This document shows, piece after piece, positions 10,930-23,206 of a DNA stretch of 32,000 bases. How positions within the stretch are numbered: the first letter of the stretch is position 1; each line of letters starts with the position of its first letter. The DNA comes from Wallemia ichthyophaga EXF-994 (taxonomy: Eukaryota; Fungi; Basidiomycota). Where the stretch lies: assembly GCF_000400465.1 (NCBI RefSeq), contig NW_008806275.1, positions 279,656 to 311,655 on the forward strand. The letters are read 5' to 3'. The translations under genes and the position numbers were made by a program. The notes under the pieces were generated by a model. The model was not told where the DNA came from and did not search any database. It saw only the letters and a program-made list of their open reading frames with translations.

Positions 10930-11881
10930 AGCCTTGAGCTATATTGACCTATAAGAAAAGTCCTTCCTCCAATATACGACTTGTCGAAATTCACTGATCA
11001 GAACTAGACACTCGATTTCACAGTTAGGCTGATACCAACTTTTCTTTGGGTAATTCGCTTATTATAAACTTGAAGTGAGGCAGATTGATGTTTTCCTTTT
11101 ACTCCAGCCAGATTGATTCTTGTGGAAGCCGCCTAAGTCTAAGCAGCTGATGACGCAACACACGTTTGAAGACTTAGTACTTATGCTATTAGGGTAATTG
11201 CAGAATTCGTATTTTTTTTTATGCGTATGCGCCTAGTGGAGTCCGCGAGTGCCTCCGTCGGAGCACATATGAGGGAGTTGAGATGACACTGTGGCCAAAG
11301 AATGGAATGCTCAATGACGATTTCGTCATAACACCGTAAAGATTGTAACATAAAGATTGTAACCCTGGGCAATGCTGACATCATTCTATCTAAGGTGCGC
11401 GTGGGAGCGCTTGATATCCTCCGCATTTACCTTATTGTGCGCTACAGAGCGATATCGAATTGCATCTTCCGAGCGGTGCGCTGGGCGCGATGGGAGCCGT
11501 AGGGATATAGTATTGCGACATGGCTTAGATCCTTCACATAGCTATCCATAAAACCTTGGAGCAATTTCAAAGCTGTGGATATTGGGTGGGTGGAGGACAT
11601 AGTAGAAGACTAGAGATGCTGCAGATGCTGCGAAAATCACGGGTGTATATTGCCCATATAAATAATCGTTGTTGCCCCTTGTGACCATTTGCAGGGTAGG
11701 TTTAGCAAAATAAATTCGATGGAGTTACTGTCGCTTATGAGCGCCTCCCAGCGTATCATCTGAACATTCAAACGCATCCGCTAACTCCCACTCGCCTGAG
11801 GTCATCATTGGTGTAGAGCCGAGTCACAAATTGAGTGATTTCTATATTCAACAGGGGAGTAAATATTAAGAGACAAACATA
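10930..11881 (-). pseudogene. Decayed family X, copy 1 (possible F-box/LRR-like gene)
   Basis: Homologous on the reverse strand to 18.0-19.1, 26.4-27.3 and 29.4-30.3 kb (for example GATATCGCTCTGTAGCGC and AACTGTGAAATCGAGTGTCTAG); contains stops and frameshifts. Confidence 0.65.
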
Positions 11882-12086
11882 ATAAATCTATAAACGCATC
11901 AGACCTGTCCATTAGTCCTCTTCATCCATCTATCGCACGTAATTTTCAGGCCGAGCGGAGAGAAGACAAGGACCGAGAAACGCAAGAAACGGGTATGAAT
12001 AGGGTAAAATGACATCAGATGGTTTCAAGATATGCGAGAAATTTCTATTCCAAATTTAAAGCATTTACCGCGCAAATTATGTCCGT

Positions 12087-12335
12087 CTAGATGTCTTTGG
12101 ATTTGTTTGGCGTCTGACTTTGTTGCGTATCTACGCTATACGAGTGAATTTTGACGCGTTCAGGATTTATGAAAATGTACCAAAAACACATGGGCCAAGT
12201 GATAAAACTGCCGACGATGAGGAGCTTAATAGAGTATTCCAGATGTGATGCGCAATTTATCAGTACTATCATGCTAAAAAGTAAAGAAAAGACTGCTATA
12301 ATTGTAAAACATACTACGTGCTCAAATCGGTCCAT
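12087..12335 (-). CDS. Putative 82-aa protein with two hydrophobic segments (copy A)
   Basis: ATG-initiated ORF with two TM-like stretches; no recognised family. Confidence 0.35.
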   Translation of the reverse strand: MDRFEHVVCFTIIAVFSLLFSMIVLINCASHLEYSIKLLIVGSFITWPMCFWYIFINPERVKIHSYSVDTQQSQTPNKSKDI

Positions 12336-12723
12336 AGTTGTAGAACTGCGTTGATGGCGGCTGTGAGGATTGGAGATGAGCTGGAGATAAATAGGAAGAA
12401 TGAAATATTTCAGTTACGGTGATATACTTGGGATCTGCTGCCACATTACCATTGATATAGGCTTCGAGCACTAACGCGATGGCTAATTGGAAATACAAAG
12501 CCACAGCGAGTTTAATAGCACCTCAGCAACCCCATGCTATATTATATAATGCAATGAATGTGCTAATGAATGTGTCTGATAGTACAGATTGCTGTTTTGT
12601 TCTATAAATCTACAAATCTACAGCGGTACTCAATACCAAGTCACACCAGGTGATATAATCGTGAAAGTGCTCCAGGCAGTGCAGATATCAGGCTAGCTGA
12701 TATCTACTTGGACTAGGGAAACC

Positions 12724-13133
12724 TTAGTTGTACCAGTAGGTGATTGGAAGGGTGCCTTGAGCAGCGTTACCAAGCTGGTTGAAGACAGATGGAGAGAGGT
12801 CCAAGCCGCCTGAACCACAGCCTGGGCAAGTGTCCTGTACGGTTGCGGTGGCAGTTTGGCCATTGTTCAAGTTCTGGATGGTGACTTGCTGGCCACAAAG
12901 ACCTTGGTTCATGTCTGCTTGGGAGACAGCGACAATTGAGTCGCTGTCGTTGAGGTAGCTCCCACAGCTTCCACGGTTGCCGGTTGCACTGCATTTTTGT
13001 CAGTTGTAAGCACAAACATAGTGCACCTCACTCACGTGTAGTAGAAGGTGGCAGTGCCGGATCTCTTGAGTGGAGCAGCAGTGACTGAGGCAGCAGCTGC
13101 GACGATTGTAGCGAGAGCGAGTGTGAATTGCAT
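12724..13133 (-). CDS. Secreted RlpA-like double-psi beta-barrel (expansin/loosenin-like) protein, copy A, 120 aa
   Basis: Exons 13133-13036 and 12988-12724. Signal peptide, KR site, GTATFYY, GSCG, IVAVS, CGQQVTI, TVQDTCPGC and LDLSPSVF. Confidence 0.9.
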
Positions 13134-13697
13134 CGTGTTCCTTTTTGTGTTTTTAAAGAGTGTCGAACCGGTCGATGTCTTGTCTTGAACTAAACTAAGT
13201 TGTTGAGGAAGCTAAAGAGTATATTAAACCTTTTATATGCTCTACATGAGACAGAAAGATTTGACCGCAGTTCAGCTCGTTCGAGACGCTGGCGTCATAC
13301 TATCAGTCTCAGGAACCACTTAAGCGAGGAGCCGGAGTGGCTGTTTCACAGAGAAAACCCGGGCCTGGAGTTGTAAGAAAGGGCGAGTGGCTGATAGTAT
13401 TGCTAAATCTAGCACTTGCTGCACAAATATGCCATCCTGTAGACGACAAATCGGAAAGTCTCGTAAGGGTATTTGTCGTAGACATGGTCTTAGACCAATG
13501 ACGTCAGCGCCATTATTGGGTTTTGATTCACCGTTAATAAGCTGTGCTGGGTGTACAGGAACTCATGTGTTTATCGTGTTCCAGAACTTTATCGCTGTCT
13601 CACAACCATCCTCCGAAAGAATCCGCGCTATCGCTGACAATATAACAAAATGCATAAATAAAATTACAAATACTTTTTAAGCCGCCCAAACATCACA

Positions 13698-15047
13698 TCA
13701 CATCCTCGCAGTCTGTTTGGCCATCTTCCTCAATTCGGCAGCTTCAGGTAGTACAGCTATGTTATCTACCAGCATATGACTGTGTTCAGGGTTAGAGTCA
13801 AGATTTCCGTAGTACTGCGCCATTTCGCCCTTTGGATGAAGGCGGCGTAGTTGATCTGTGCTGCAATATTGCCATGGCGGTTCATGTACGAGAATTTCTG
13901 TGAATGAATGTGTGAGTTTGAGCGCGATACTCTCTTCTTCTTTTGATGGGGTGTATGGTGTGGTTGATCTCAGTCTGTGTGCTTCGAGTGACTTTAGTTT
14001 CGCTAGGAGGAAGGCGTTACGTTTTAGCTTGGTTTGTGTCTCTAAGTGACTCTTGTTTAGGCTGTCGTAGGCTGCTGGGAGATCTTCAATACCCGTGTTA
14101 TCCACTTGTTCGTTTGTAATCTCTTTATTTTCCTGAATTGGTACGCGTTGTCCTTTGAAATGTATCATTGTTGGATCTTCAACACCCTTCATTTTGGACG
14201 TCGTAGCTATGTTCAGGGACGTAGAGTAAGGTATTGTAGCAAGTGTCGAGTCATGGCTTGGACCGAACGAATAGTTGGTGCCGTAGTACAGATGCGATAC
14301 GTCTTTGTTCCTGAACGTGCCATAAGTCAACGATTTAACGTTGGTGTGGGGACTGGGCAGCGATATGTCCTTGAGTTTAGGAGAGTCAATCACTTTTGGA
14401 GCACACTGGACAGGGACGCGGGCCAAGGATGCCTCACCGAGGGCAAGTTTCGACGCTACCTGCGGGTCTAATTCACTGGCCTGAGTGAAATAGTTGGCGT
14501 CGGGCCAAGATTGGTGCAATGCATATCGAGGTTTACTGTGTTCCAACTTGTCTAGTTCAGAGTGGACTGGAAGTTGTTAGGGGAGAAAAAATCGCAAGAG
14601 CAAGTCTCACCAGATGATGTTGGCAAGACTACGCTTTCTGCTGGTGGTAATTTGGCCTTCCTCTGTGCGACAATCGAGTTGATGACGGAAATGGCCAATT
14701 CACAATCACCATCGATTGTGCACCTGCGGAGAGCATCGTGCAGGGCGAACAACGAGCCCTGACTGTCATTCAAATACCCAGAAAGCGTAGACTGGCTTGT
14801 CTTCTTGGGTGAGTCTGCTTCGATAGGAATATCGAGGAGAAATGGATTAATCTTTTCCAGCAGCCTTCTAATGAGGGCGCCGTCGTCGCCAACGACAGTC
14901 GAAGCATCGTCATCGTGTACGCCGTCTGACTTGCGCTTCCTCGACGCGTCCAGCTGATCGCCCAATTTTACTGCAGAAAATCAGCAGCGAAGCGGGGGAA
15001 AGAGGGCACGCACGGCTCTCAGTATTAAGCTTTACTTTGAGCGACAT
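13698..15047 (-). CDS. Hypothetical protein, possibly a chromatin-remodeller subunit (BRD7/9 DUF3512- or RSC58-like motif)
   Basis: Exons 15047-15014, 14970-14611 and 14566-13698 join in frame through 43- and 44-nt GT..CAG introns. Contains basic RKRK and the motif LYYGTNYSFGPSHDS. Confidence refers to the gene; the function is weak inference. Confidence 0.7.
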
Positions 15048-15105
15048 TTAAAATATTTTGATAAATAAACGAAATTCGTAGGTGACCGTCTCTTGGAAGG
15101 AGCTG

Positions 15106-16161
15106 ATGACGACGACAAGGGATCAAGGGGATGCAGATGAGGCGTATATAATACGGTCTGAGCAGAAGGATGCGTACCATTTGGCGCAGCTGGCGTCGCT
15201 CGCCGAGCCCGTGGCCAGGGGAGTGCTGGGTGAGCGAGGCGCTGACGATAGCGCGATAAACTAAGTTGAGAAAAAGGCTCGCGGTTTATGGATACGCGTG
15301 GTGGCTCAATCAGCGTCGCATTGCTGACTATATACACGGCAATCACGACTGGCTTTGGGAGAAGGACGCTTGGAGAGGAGTACACAAACGTACAGCAGTG
15401 GAAAGGGCACAAGATGTTGAGCTGGAAGATGCGGGCGCTTCTCGTGCTCTCTATCCCTGCGCCGCACATACTCAAGTATCTGATAGGCAGGAGTGGCGTA
15501 ATCAGTAGACTGAGCCCAACACTGCGGCGATTGCTTTCGATATTAAGCAGCAGCACCACCTGGGACATTGCACGCACGCTCAACCTCATTGCATTCTACT
15601 GCGGTAGCAAATACCACACCATCAAGCAGCGCATTTTTCAGATAAGATATATCGATACATCGCCAGCCACGCAGCAGCACACAGACAAGCCATTCGAGGT
15701 GCTGGGATACATGCTGTGCGTGCGCCTGGCACTGCAGCTGGGCGCGCTGGCAAAGCCATATCTGCCGCAGGTGCCGCTGGGTGCGGTGGAGGTGCCTGCG
15801 GTGGAGATGGACGGACGCAGAGTGAGTCTGATCGGAGAGAAAGAGGAACCTGTGGAAGACACGCGCGAGACTGCACAGCATAATTGCGCAGACGCCCACT
15901 CGTGCCTTGCTCCTCGGGATCGAGAAATGGCGGACGGGGCTGGACACAGAAAGTGCACGCTGTGTTTGGAAAACCGCACAGCGACGGCAGCAATGCTTTG
16001 CGGACATCTGTATTGCTGGAGCTGTGTGGATAGCTGGCTCAGAGAAAAGGTGGGCCAACTCCGAAGTCCGAAAACACCTACTAAATGCGTAACAGAACGA
16101 ATGCCCGCTGTGCAGACAGCACACGACACAGAAAGATGTAATACCAATCTACAACTTGTAA
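15106..16161 (+). CDS. PEX10: Peroxisomal RING ubiquitin ligase PEX10
   Basis: Introns 15230-15276 and 16050-16095. N-terminal IIRSEQKD, TLGEEYT and C3HC4 RING CTLCLE...[25 protein letters not shown]. Confidence 0.88.
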
Positions 16162-16404
16162 AAAATTTATTAATAAACCAACTATGACTCGTATCGATGC
16201 CGATCAGGCTGGAGTGCAGGGATATCGAGGGGAGTGAGAGGGGGCGTTAGCGCAAATAAGGCTGCAGATAAGCGTGCGAGTCGCGCGGAATACTCTTATC
16301 TTTGTACATTTTTTAGATAAGAATTTTACCGATTCCGTCAACGCGCTTGACGAATAAAATCTCTATCTCCAACAACCACCGACAAAGAAACATAAATACA
16401 AATC

Positions 16405-17676
16405 ATGGCTAAACTACCACCATCCAGACCAGATCTGCTTGCTCATTACATGTCCCTTGACCAGGGCGACAGCATCCAAGCTGAGTGTAGGTGGCAGTGC
16501 ACAGTGCACACGCTTCACCGTGGCTGACAGCGCAATCCAGATATCTGGATCGATGGCGACGGCGAGCTCCGTAGCAAAACCACGGTACGCATCTTGCTAG
16601 CCATGTCCGTCCGCCCCTTACCATGTATCCACAGACTGTAAACCACAAGGTCGAATCGATACAAGAGCTCAAGGAATGGAACTTTGACGGATCCAGTACA
16701 AATCAGTCGGTTTCTGATTCAGTCGCTCGGCCACTACTCACTCCCCTTTAGAGCCCCTGGACACGACAGCGACATCTACCTCCGCCCAGCCGCTTTCTTC
16801 AGGGATCCTTTCCGCAAGGGCAACAACATCCTTGTTATCGCTGAGTGCTACAACAGCGACGGTACCCCTAACAAGACCAACTACCGTCATTACGCCAAGA
16901 AAGCCATGGACCTTGCCAAGGACGAGGATCCTTGGTTCGGTATCGAACAAGAGTACACTCTTTTTGACGCTGATGGCTCCCCTTACGGCTGGCCTAAAGG
17001 CGGTTTCCCTGCCCCACAAGGTCCTTACTACTGTGGTGTCGGTGCCGGCAAGGTCTTTGCCCGTGACTTGATCGAGTCCCACTACCGTGCATGTCTCTAC
17101 GCTGGTGTAAATATCTCCGGAATCAACGCTGAGGTTATGCCTTCTCAATGGGAGTACCAGGTTGGTCCTTGCGCCGGTATCGACATGGGTGATCACCTCA
17201 CCCTTGCCCGTTTCCTTCTTGCAAGGATCGCTGAGGACTTTGGTATCGTCGTCAGTCTCCATCCTAAGCCATTCGCTACTGGTGAGTGGAACGGCGCTGG
17301 TGCCCACACCAACTTGAGTACTACCTCTACCCGTACCCCTGGCAAGGGTATGAAGGCCATTGAGGATATGATCATGAAGCTCGAGAAGAAACATGCCGAG
17401 CACATTGCTGCTTACGGTGATGACAATGAATTACGTCTTACCGGAAAGCACGAAACCGGAAATATCGCAGACTTCTCTTCTGGCGTTGCCAACAGAGGCT
17501 GCTCGATTAGAGTACCACGTCATGTTGCTGAGCAAGGTGAGTTTTCTTATTCCTAAATCAAAGTTCACTAACACCCTTCTTCAGGCTACGGTTACTTTGA
17601 AGATCGTCGTCCAGCTTCCAACATCGATCCATACCGTGTCACAGGTCTCTGTGTCAACACTATGCTCTTGGATTAG
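16405..17676 (+). CDS. GLN1: Glutamine synthetase (GSII)
   Basis: Introns 16487-16540, 16585-16634, 16706-16751 and 17537-17584. Motifs [60 protein letters not shown] and [14 protein letters not shown]. Confidence 0.97.
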
Positions 17677-17989
17677 ATTCGCTCATCGAGCATGTATTGG
17701 GTTTTTATCCTCTAGCAAATCTCATTCATCTGCCATTTAATACGGCTGATTCTCACTTTCCTTGTCTTTTTTCTCTAAACACTTTGTCGATATAAGAATA
17801 ACACACAAGAATTTGAATAAATAACGATCTGTATATTGATTGCAATTGCGTGTCTTAATTGGTGTACTTCTTTGTGCATGGCTGATTGACTCAGACTGCG
17901 CTGGTCTTCTCTGTCTCTGCTCGGGCATAAGACTACCGGAAATGGATACATGAAGAAGATTGAGCTACAGATATGATGCCTTTTTAAAC

Positions 17990-19073
17990 CTTTAATAGTT
18001 CCTGACATATCTCCCTCTGTTGAACACTGCTATCAACTGATCTTCGAGTCGGCTTTACGTCATTGGTGACTTCAAGAAGAGCTCACTTGATAGGATGGGT
18101 TTGAAGACTCATATTAAAATTTAGGCACGGCTTATAAGCCACAGTGACTCGATAGATTTGTTTCAATAAACTCACCCTGCAAACGGCCAAAGGGGGGCAG
18201 CAGTGATGGGTTAAACAAGCAATAAACACAAATTAAAGATACTATTATTCGAATGGTATCTTCAGCATCAAAAATCTACTTTTATATCCTCCACCAATAC
18301 AATAACCATCGACTTGAACTTTCACCCTGGCAGCTATCTCAGCGACTGGCTGATTTACGACTTTTAATGATCTCCAAATAAAAAAGATTCATGGATTGCT
18401 ACATTAAGGATCTAAGTCAAGTTGCAATATTATATTTCTGCGGCTCCAATCGCGCCAAACACGCCCCTAGGAAGATGCAGTTCGACATCGCTCTGTAGCA
18501 CGCAATAGAGTAGATAGGGAGGATTTAACGCGTTATACGAACGCGTTACATGTTTTTGGTTTGATTCAGACCAAAATATACCCAAGTCTTACAACTTGTT
18601 CGCCGCTATAACCGCGAAATAACTATTACGTCGCTTGGCGTCCACAGCTCTAAAGACTGGCTCCAGGAAGTAATTAAGATCACTTTCATCCATCAAGCAC
18701 CTAGTAAAAATGCTTTATGCATAGAAAGGCGGTGGTCAGGCTCGACCAGGTTCATTTCGAGATTTAAATAATGGGCGTGGAAGGATGTTCAAGGCTGCTT
18801 TGGAATCGCAGAAGTCATGATAGTAGGAAGGCGTATCCATATATAACAAATTACTCTCCCGGTAATACGCCAAATCTAGCTAACGGGTACAGAGAGCTGC
18901 AAGTGCTATTTCAAAAGAAGGGCGACCAAGAATATCTCGAGGAGGTGTTTAAGTGCCTTCTAAGTCTCTCAAGCACGAGCTGGGAGGAGGACAATCACAC
19001 GCCAATCAGGAACGTAAGATTCACAGATGCTCATCGCAGAGCTCAAAAGTTGGAGAGTTTGTTTGAAATGTAA
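17990..19073 (+). pseudogene. Decayed family X, copy 2
   Basis: Homologous to copies 1, 3 and 4. Residual frames: VEHCYQLIFESAL, VSSASKIYFYILHQY and MGVEGCSRLLWNRRSHDSRKAYPYITNYSP (18771-19073). Confidence 0.7.
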
Positions 19074-19265
19074 TAAGAGCCCTGAGTTTATGCATTTCGC
19101 TCTATCCATGTCGATGTCCAGTTCACTGCGTGCTGCTTACCTTCTGAAACCACTAAAGAAGAAGCAATAGCATCCTTGTTTATACTGTACATTTATCAAA
19201 TACATTCTCAGCTCACACCACTCCATCTCATTCATCAACATCTTCATCAGTTACCCCCAGCATAG

Positions 19266-21537
19266 ATGCCGGAATCCAAGTATTATGGGCTGGGCCTGGA
19301 GGACTACGTTGATGGGGACTCGCGGAGTCGGAAGAATGAGTGCGTGATCCAGTGGACTGATTCGTATTCTTCATTTGCTCAACTGCGCATAGATCGATAA
19401 GCTACAGAGGCTGGACTCAGGGCTACGAGACAGACGACTTGATACAGTGAGCAGGCGCAGTATTTGGTAAATCACTCGCTCACGCCACCCAAGCGATCCC
19501 AACCAAAGCAAAGTCTGGTCAGTCTCCGATAAGCGCTGTGAAATGCCTTCTTACGATGCTTCGACAGGGATAGGAGCTACAATTTGGGAAATGTATTCAA
19601 TAGCCGTGCATTCTTCAATGTCGGTTTGCTGGTTCTTACTGTCGTTGGTCTCTTCACACTGTTGTATGTCGTGGTTGCTCTTCGCCGGTGAATACTGACG
19701 CACGATCAGCGCTGGCTATCCTGTCTATTCATTCTACCAGCTATCTCGGCCTATCTACCACCACGGCCAGCACGCTCACTACAACAAGACTGGCCAGATT
19801 CCGTGGACGATGCCTCGACGTGGTTTGATAGATCCAGACACACCCGCAGACAACAGAACGCGAATTGGCACCGATGGCCACATCTATGAGCTTGTCTTCT
19901 CGGACGAGTTCAACGAGGACGGCAGGTCGTTCTGGTCGGGCGATGATCCTTATTGGGAGGCTGGCGATCTGCACTACTGGTCTACTCGCAATTTGGAGGT
20001 TAGTGTTGATCATATCAAGTCGGCGTTACTGATTGTGTTTGCTAGTGGTACTCGCCTAGACAAGTCACGACCAGCGACGGCAGTCTGAGACTAACCCTGA
20101 ATGAAACAAGCTCACATAACCTCGATTTTGAGGGATCCATGTTGACTACTTGTAAGATAGTGTTTATGGCGTCAAAACCTACCCTCTCAAGCGTCCACAG
20201 GGAACAAGTTCTGCTTCACAGGCGGCTACATCTCAGCTAGCGTACAGCTGCCTGGCACGAACGATGTGTGGGGTATTTGGCCGGCATTCTGGATCATGGG
20301 AAATCTCGGTAGGGCTGGCTTTGGCGCAACCTTAGATGGGATGTGGCCTTATACATACGACTCGTGCGATGTGGGAACATTGCAGAACCAGACAATGGGT
20401 AACTATCCAGAGCTGGCCTATACATCAGGTATCGAAGGCAAGGCCCTTTCTTTCCTGCCTGGACAACGCTTGTCTAGGTGCTCATGCGCTAACGAGATCC
20501 ATCCTGGTCCAATGCATGAAGACGGCACTTTCGTCGGACGGTCAGCCGCAGAGATCGACGTCTTCGAGGCTCTGGTTGACCCTGCTATGGAAATGGCACT
20601 GTCATCAATGTCGGGCCAGTTCGCTCCGTTCAATGCCCACTACGACTGGAGAAATGATACTGAGATGTGGCTTAAATACCCTGAACAGGACAAGTATAAT
20701 GAATTCCAGGGCGGTGAATGGCAGCAGTCAACATCTATGAGATTGGTTAACAATCAGAATGCATATGAGAAGTCTGGTGGTGAATATGAGACATATGGTT
20801 TGGAGTATAATCCTGGATACGGCCGGGAGGGCTACATAGCCTGGCATATGGCGAATGAGAACAGATATACAATCTTCGCTGACACTATGAGAGCCGTGCC
20901 CGAGCTAGGTATCAGCGATAGGCATATCTCAGGTGAACCTATGTACATCATTCTCAACAATGGTATATCAAACAATTTCGGTGGTATCAACTGGGAAAAG
21001 CTTAATGGAAGCTGGCCAAACGTTATGTCTATTGATTGGGTTAGAGTGTATCAAAGGCGGGATAGAATTAACCTGGGTTGTGATCCTCCTAGTATGCCCA
21101 CGGCATCTTACATCAATTACTACAAAGAGGCATATACCAATCCAAACTTAACGACCTGGGATCAAATGGGAGAGGCGCCAGTGAAGAATGCCATTTTGAA
21201 TCAGGATGATCCAGAGTGCGAAGCTGCGATGCGATTGGTTCCGGAGGAGCTCATTGGACATGACAACATTAAACCTATTCTTCCTGCCACGCTTAGACCT
21301 CCTATACCAGCGCCGGAAAATCCTGGCCCTCATATTATGCCGCCGATACCACCAACGCCGGACTTCAGCGAGTTACCTCCCGAGGAAAGGCCGGTTGTTT
21401 ACGAATATTTCACGAATCCTCCTCCAATACGCAGACCTGTACACAATCTGGGTCCTCCAGCTCCTCCAAGTATGCCTGATGCACCTCCATTCAGAGTAGA
21501 GAGAGGGGCGGACACAGGGTCAACAATGAAGATATAG
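19266..21537 (+). CDS. KRE6/SKN1-family beta-glucan synthesis-associated protein (GH16), type II membrane protein
   Basis: Six short introns give a continuous frame with TM (FNVGLLVLTVVGLFTLFAGYPV), LIDPDTP, LVFSDEFN, WNKFCFTGG, YTYDSCDVGTL, the GH16 motif EIDVFE and NWPNVMSIDWVRVYQ-like C-terminal segment, followed by a Pro-rich tail. Confidence 0.93.
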
Positions 21538-21645
21538 AGCAAGTCAATAACGGTGAACCTCACTAACTCCTTTACATTGGTATATCATATAGGATATATA
21601 CGAGTTTTAAGCATCCCTATCAATCTACAAGCAACATGCATAAGT

Positions 21646-22891
21646 TTACAACAATAATTTAGCGCTAGCTTCGACTTTACACGACCATGGCGTTTGTTTT
21701 GGATTTGTGCTGGTGTTGAAACCCAGCTCGGAAGCCACGATGAATTCATTCTCAATGTGGATGCAGTCTTGAGCTACCAGAGCATCTTCCAATGGTAATG
21801 AGATGAGTGGATGCCTGGATGACACTGCGTTGATGGTGGGTGATTTAGTTACAGCTGGCGTCGGATCAACTTGGACTTGTGTTGATGTGGTTTGGCGTTT
21901 CATGAACTGAATGCCATGGGCAAGGGTCAAATCATCCGTTGTGTCAAGCGCTATAGCCCCTCTAGAAGGATCGCCGCTGGTTATTCTGTGGATGGTTTTG
22001 ATACTGCCGTTGTCATTATACGCCGCAACGTAGTATTCGTCCTCCTTATCTATTCTGTTCTTGTTGAGGAGCTCTAGCAGCTGTCTACACGCGTTGGCGT
22101 TGTTGAGCATGAGTATGATATTGCCAGATGCGTTTGTCACCTTGAGGACATCTGAGAAAGGTGAGTAACCCTCAAAATTGATATTCGGAGCATCTGTTTT
22201 GTTTTCCTCCGTGCTTCCAAAACCAACCAAACCACCGCCAACTATTGCACCACCTGGGAAGGACAATGTATGTACGAAACCAGTCTCGAAAGGCGTATGA
22301 GGGAGAGCAAGGCCTAACTTCTTTGCATGTGGGAATCGCTGGTGGATGGTATGTACGAAATCCTCACTGTTTGGCTCAGTGAAGTAGATGAGAGACTTTA
22401 TAGAGTCTTGACTGAGGTAAGAGTAAGTCTTTGGTCTTTTTATCACGCAACACCCACTTCAAAGGGTCGCCGTCGAGTTGTTGAGGCAGTGCAACACTTC
22501 TCGAACGTCTGCCTGACCAAATACCTACACTTGGATCCGAATTCTTGTCCCATTTGCTGAAATCGGGCAATTCACCCAGCTCATCGTCGTCTATAACGTG
22601 CTTTCTGATCCAGCGGCCGACAGTAGGTGCATTGCGACCGCTGATGGGTGCGTGAAAAGGTATAGCTGTGCTTGGTAATTCAGCGTACGAGAGTGAATAT
22701 ACGTCGTCTACGGAACGCGCTTTGAATGGGTCTGTGAGACAACCTATGGTGTTATCTGATGAGAGAATGGTAGCGAAATTGGGCGTATTCTTGGATATTG
22801 ATAGGAGTTTGTTGCTGCTGCTGCTCTTTAATCCTGTTGCTTGCTTGTGTAGCTGCTCCGCGGACTTTGTGAAGAAGGTTCCAAGTCTCAT
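21646..22891 (-). CDS. FIST-domain-like protein
   Basis: Intron 22412-22457 (GTGGGT..CAG) fuses the 171-aa and 266-aa ORFs. Motifs HTPFETG, VTNASGNIILMLNN and ITSGDPSRGAIALDT recall fungal FIST-like proteins. Confidence 0.7.
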
Positions 22892-23206
22892 GTTACTGTG
22901 GCGAATGGTTTGTGAGTATAGTTTGGCTGAGTACCGCTTCTACTTACAACCGCGTATATATCTGCTGGCTTAAATCTGTGCCGATATGCACTCGCTAATC
23001 CTTCAGAGTACAGCGGTTCCCGTGGAAGACAGAGTGCAACGACGGCAACGACGACAACAGCAGGAAGACGCATTGAGAAGAATTGAATAGTTTTACAAGA
23101 GGTTAAATCCAAAAAGTATCACCATTGCTGCTAAATTAGTCTCAGGAATGTGCATTTCGTCATAACGCAGGTGCAATGTGAGATGGGGGAATCGATATTG
23201 CTATTG

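Larger units (their letters stand above)
11665..13551 (-). repeat. Inverted segmental duplication, copy A (1887 bp), partner 27771-29657
   Basis: Paired coordinates sum to 41322 throughout (no indels). Six mismatches seen by eye; the ORF translations are identical. Confidence 0.97.

Noticed and set aside
15543-17403. Several minus-strand ORFs of 120-220 aa
   Set aside because: Antisense shadows of the GC-rich PEX10 and GLN1 CDSs.
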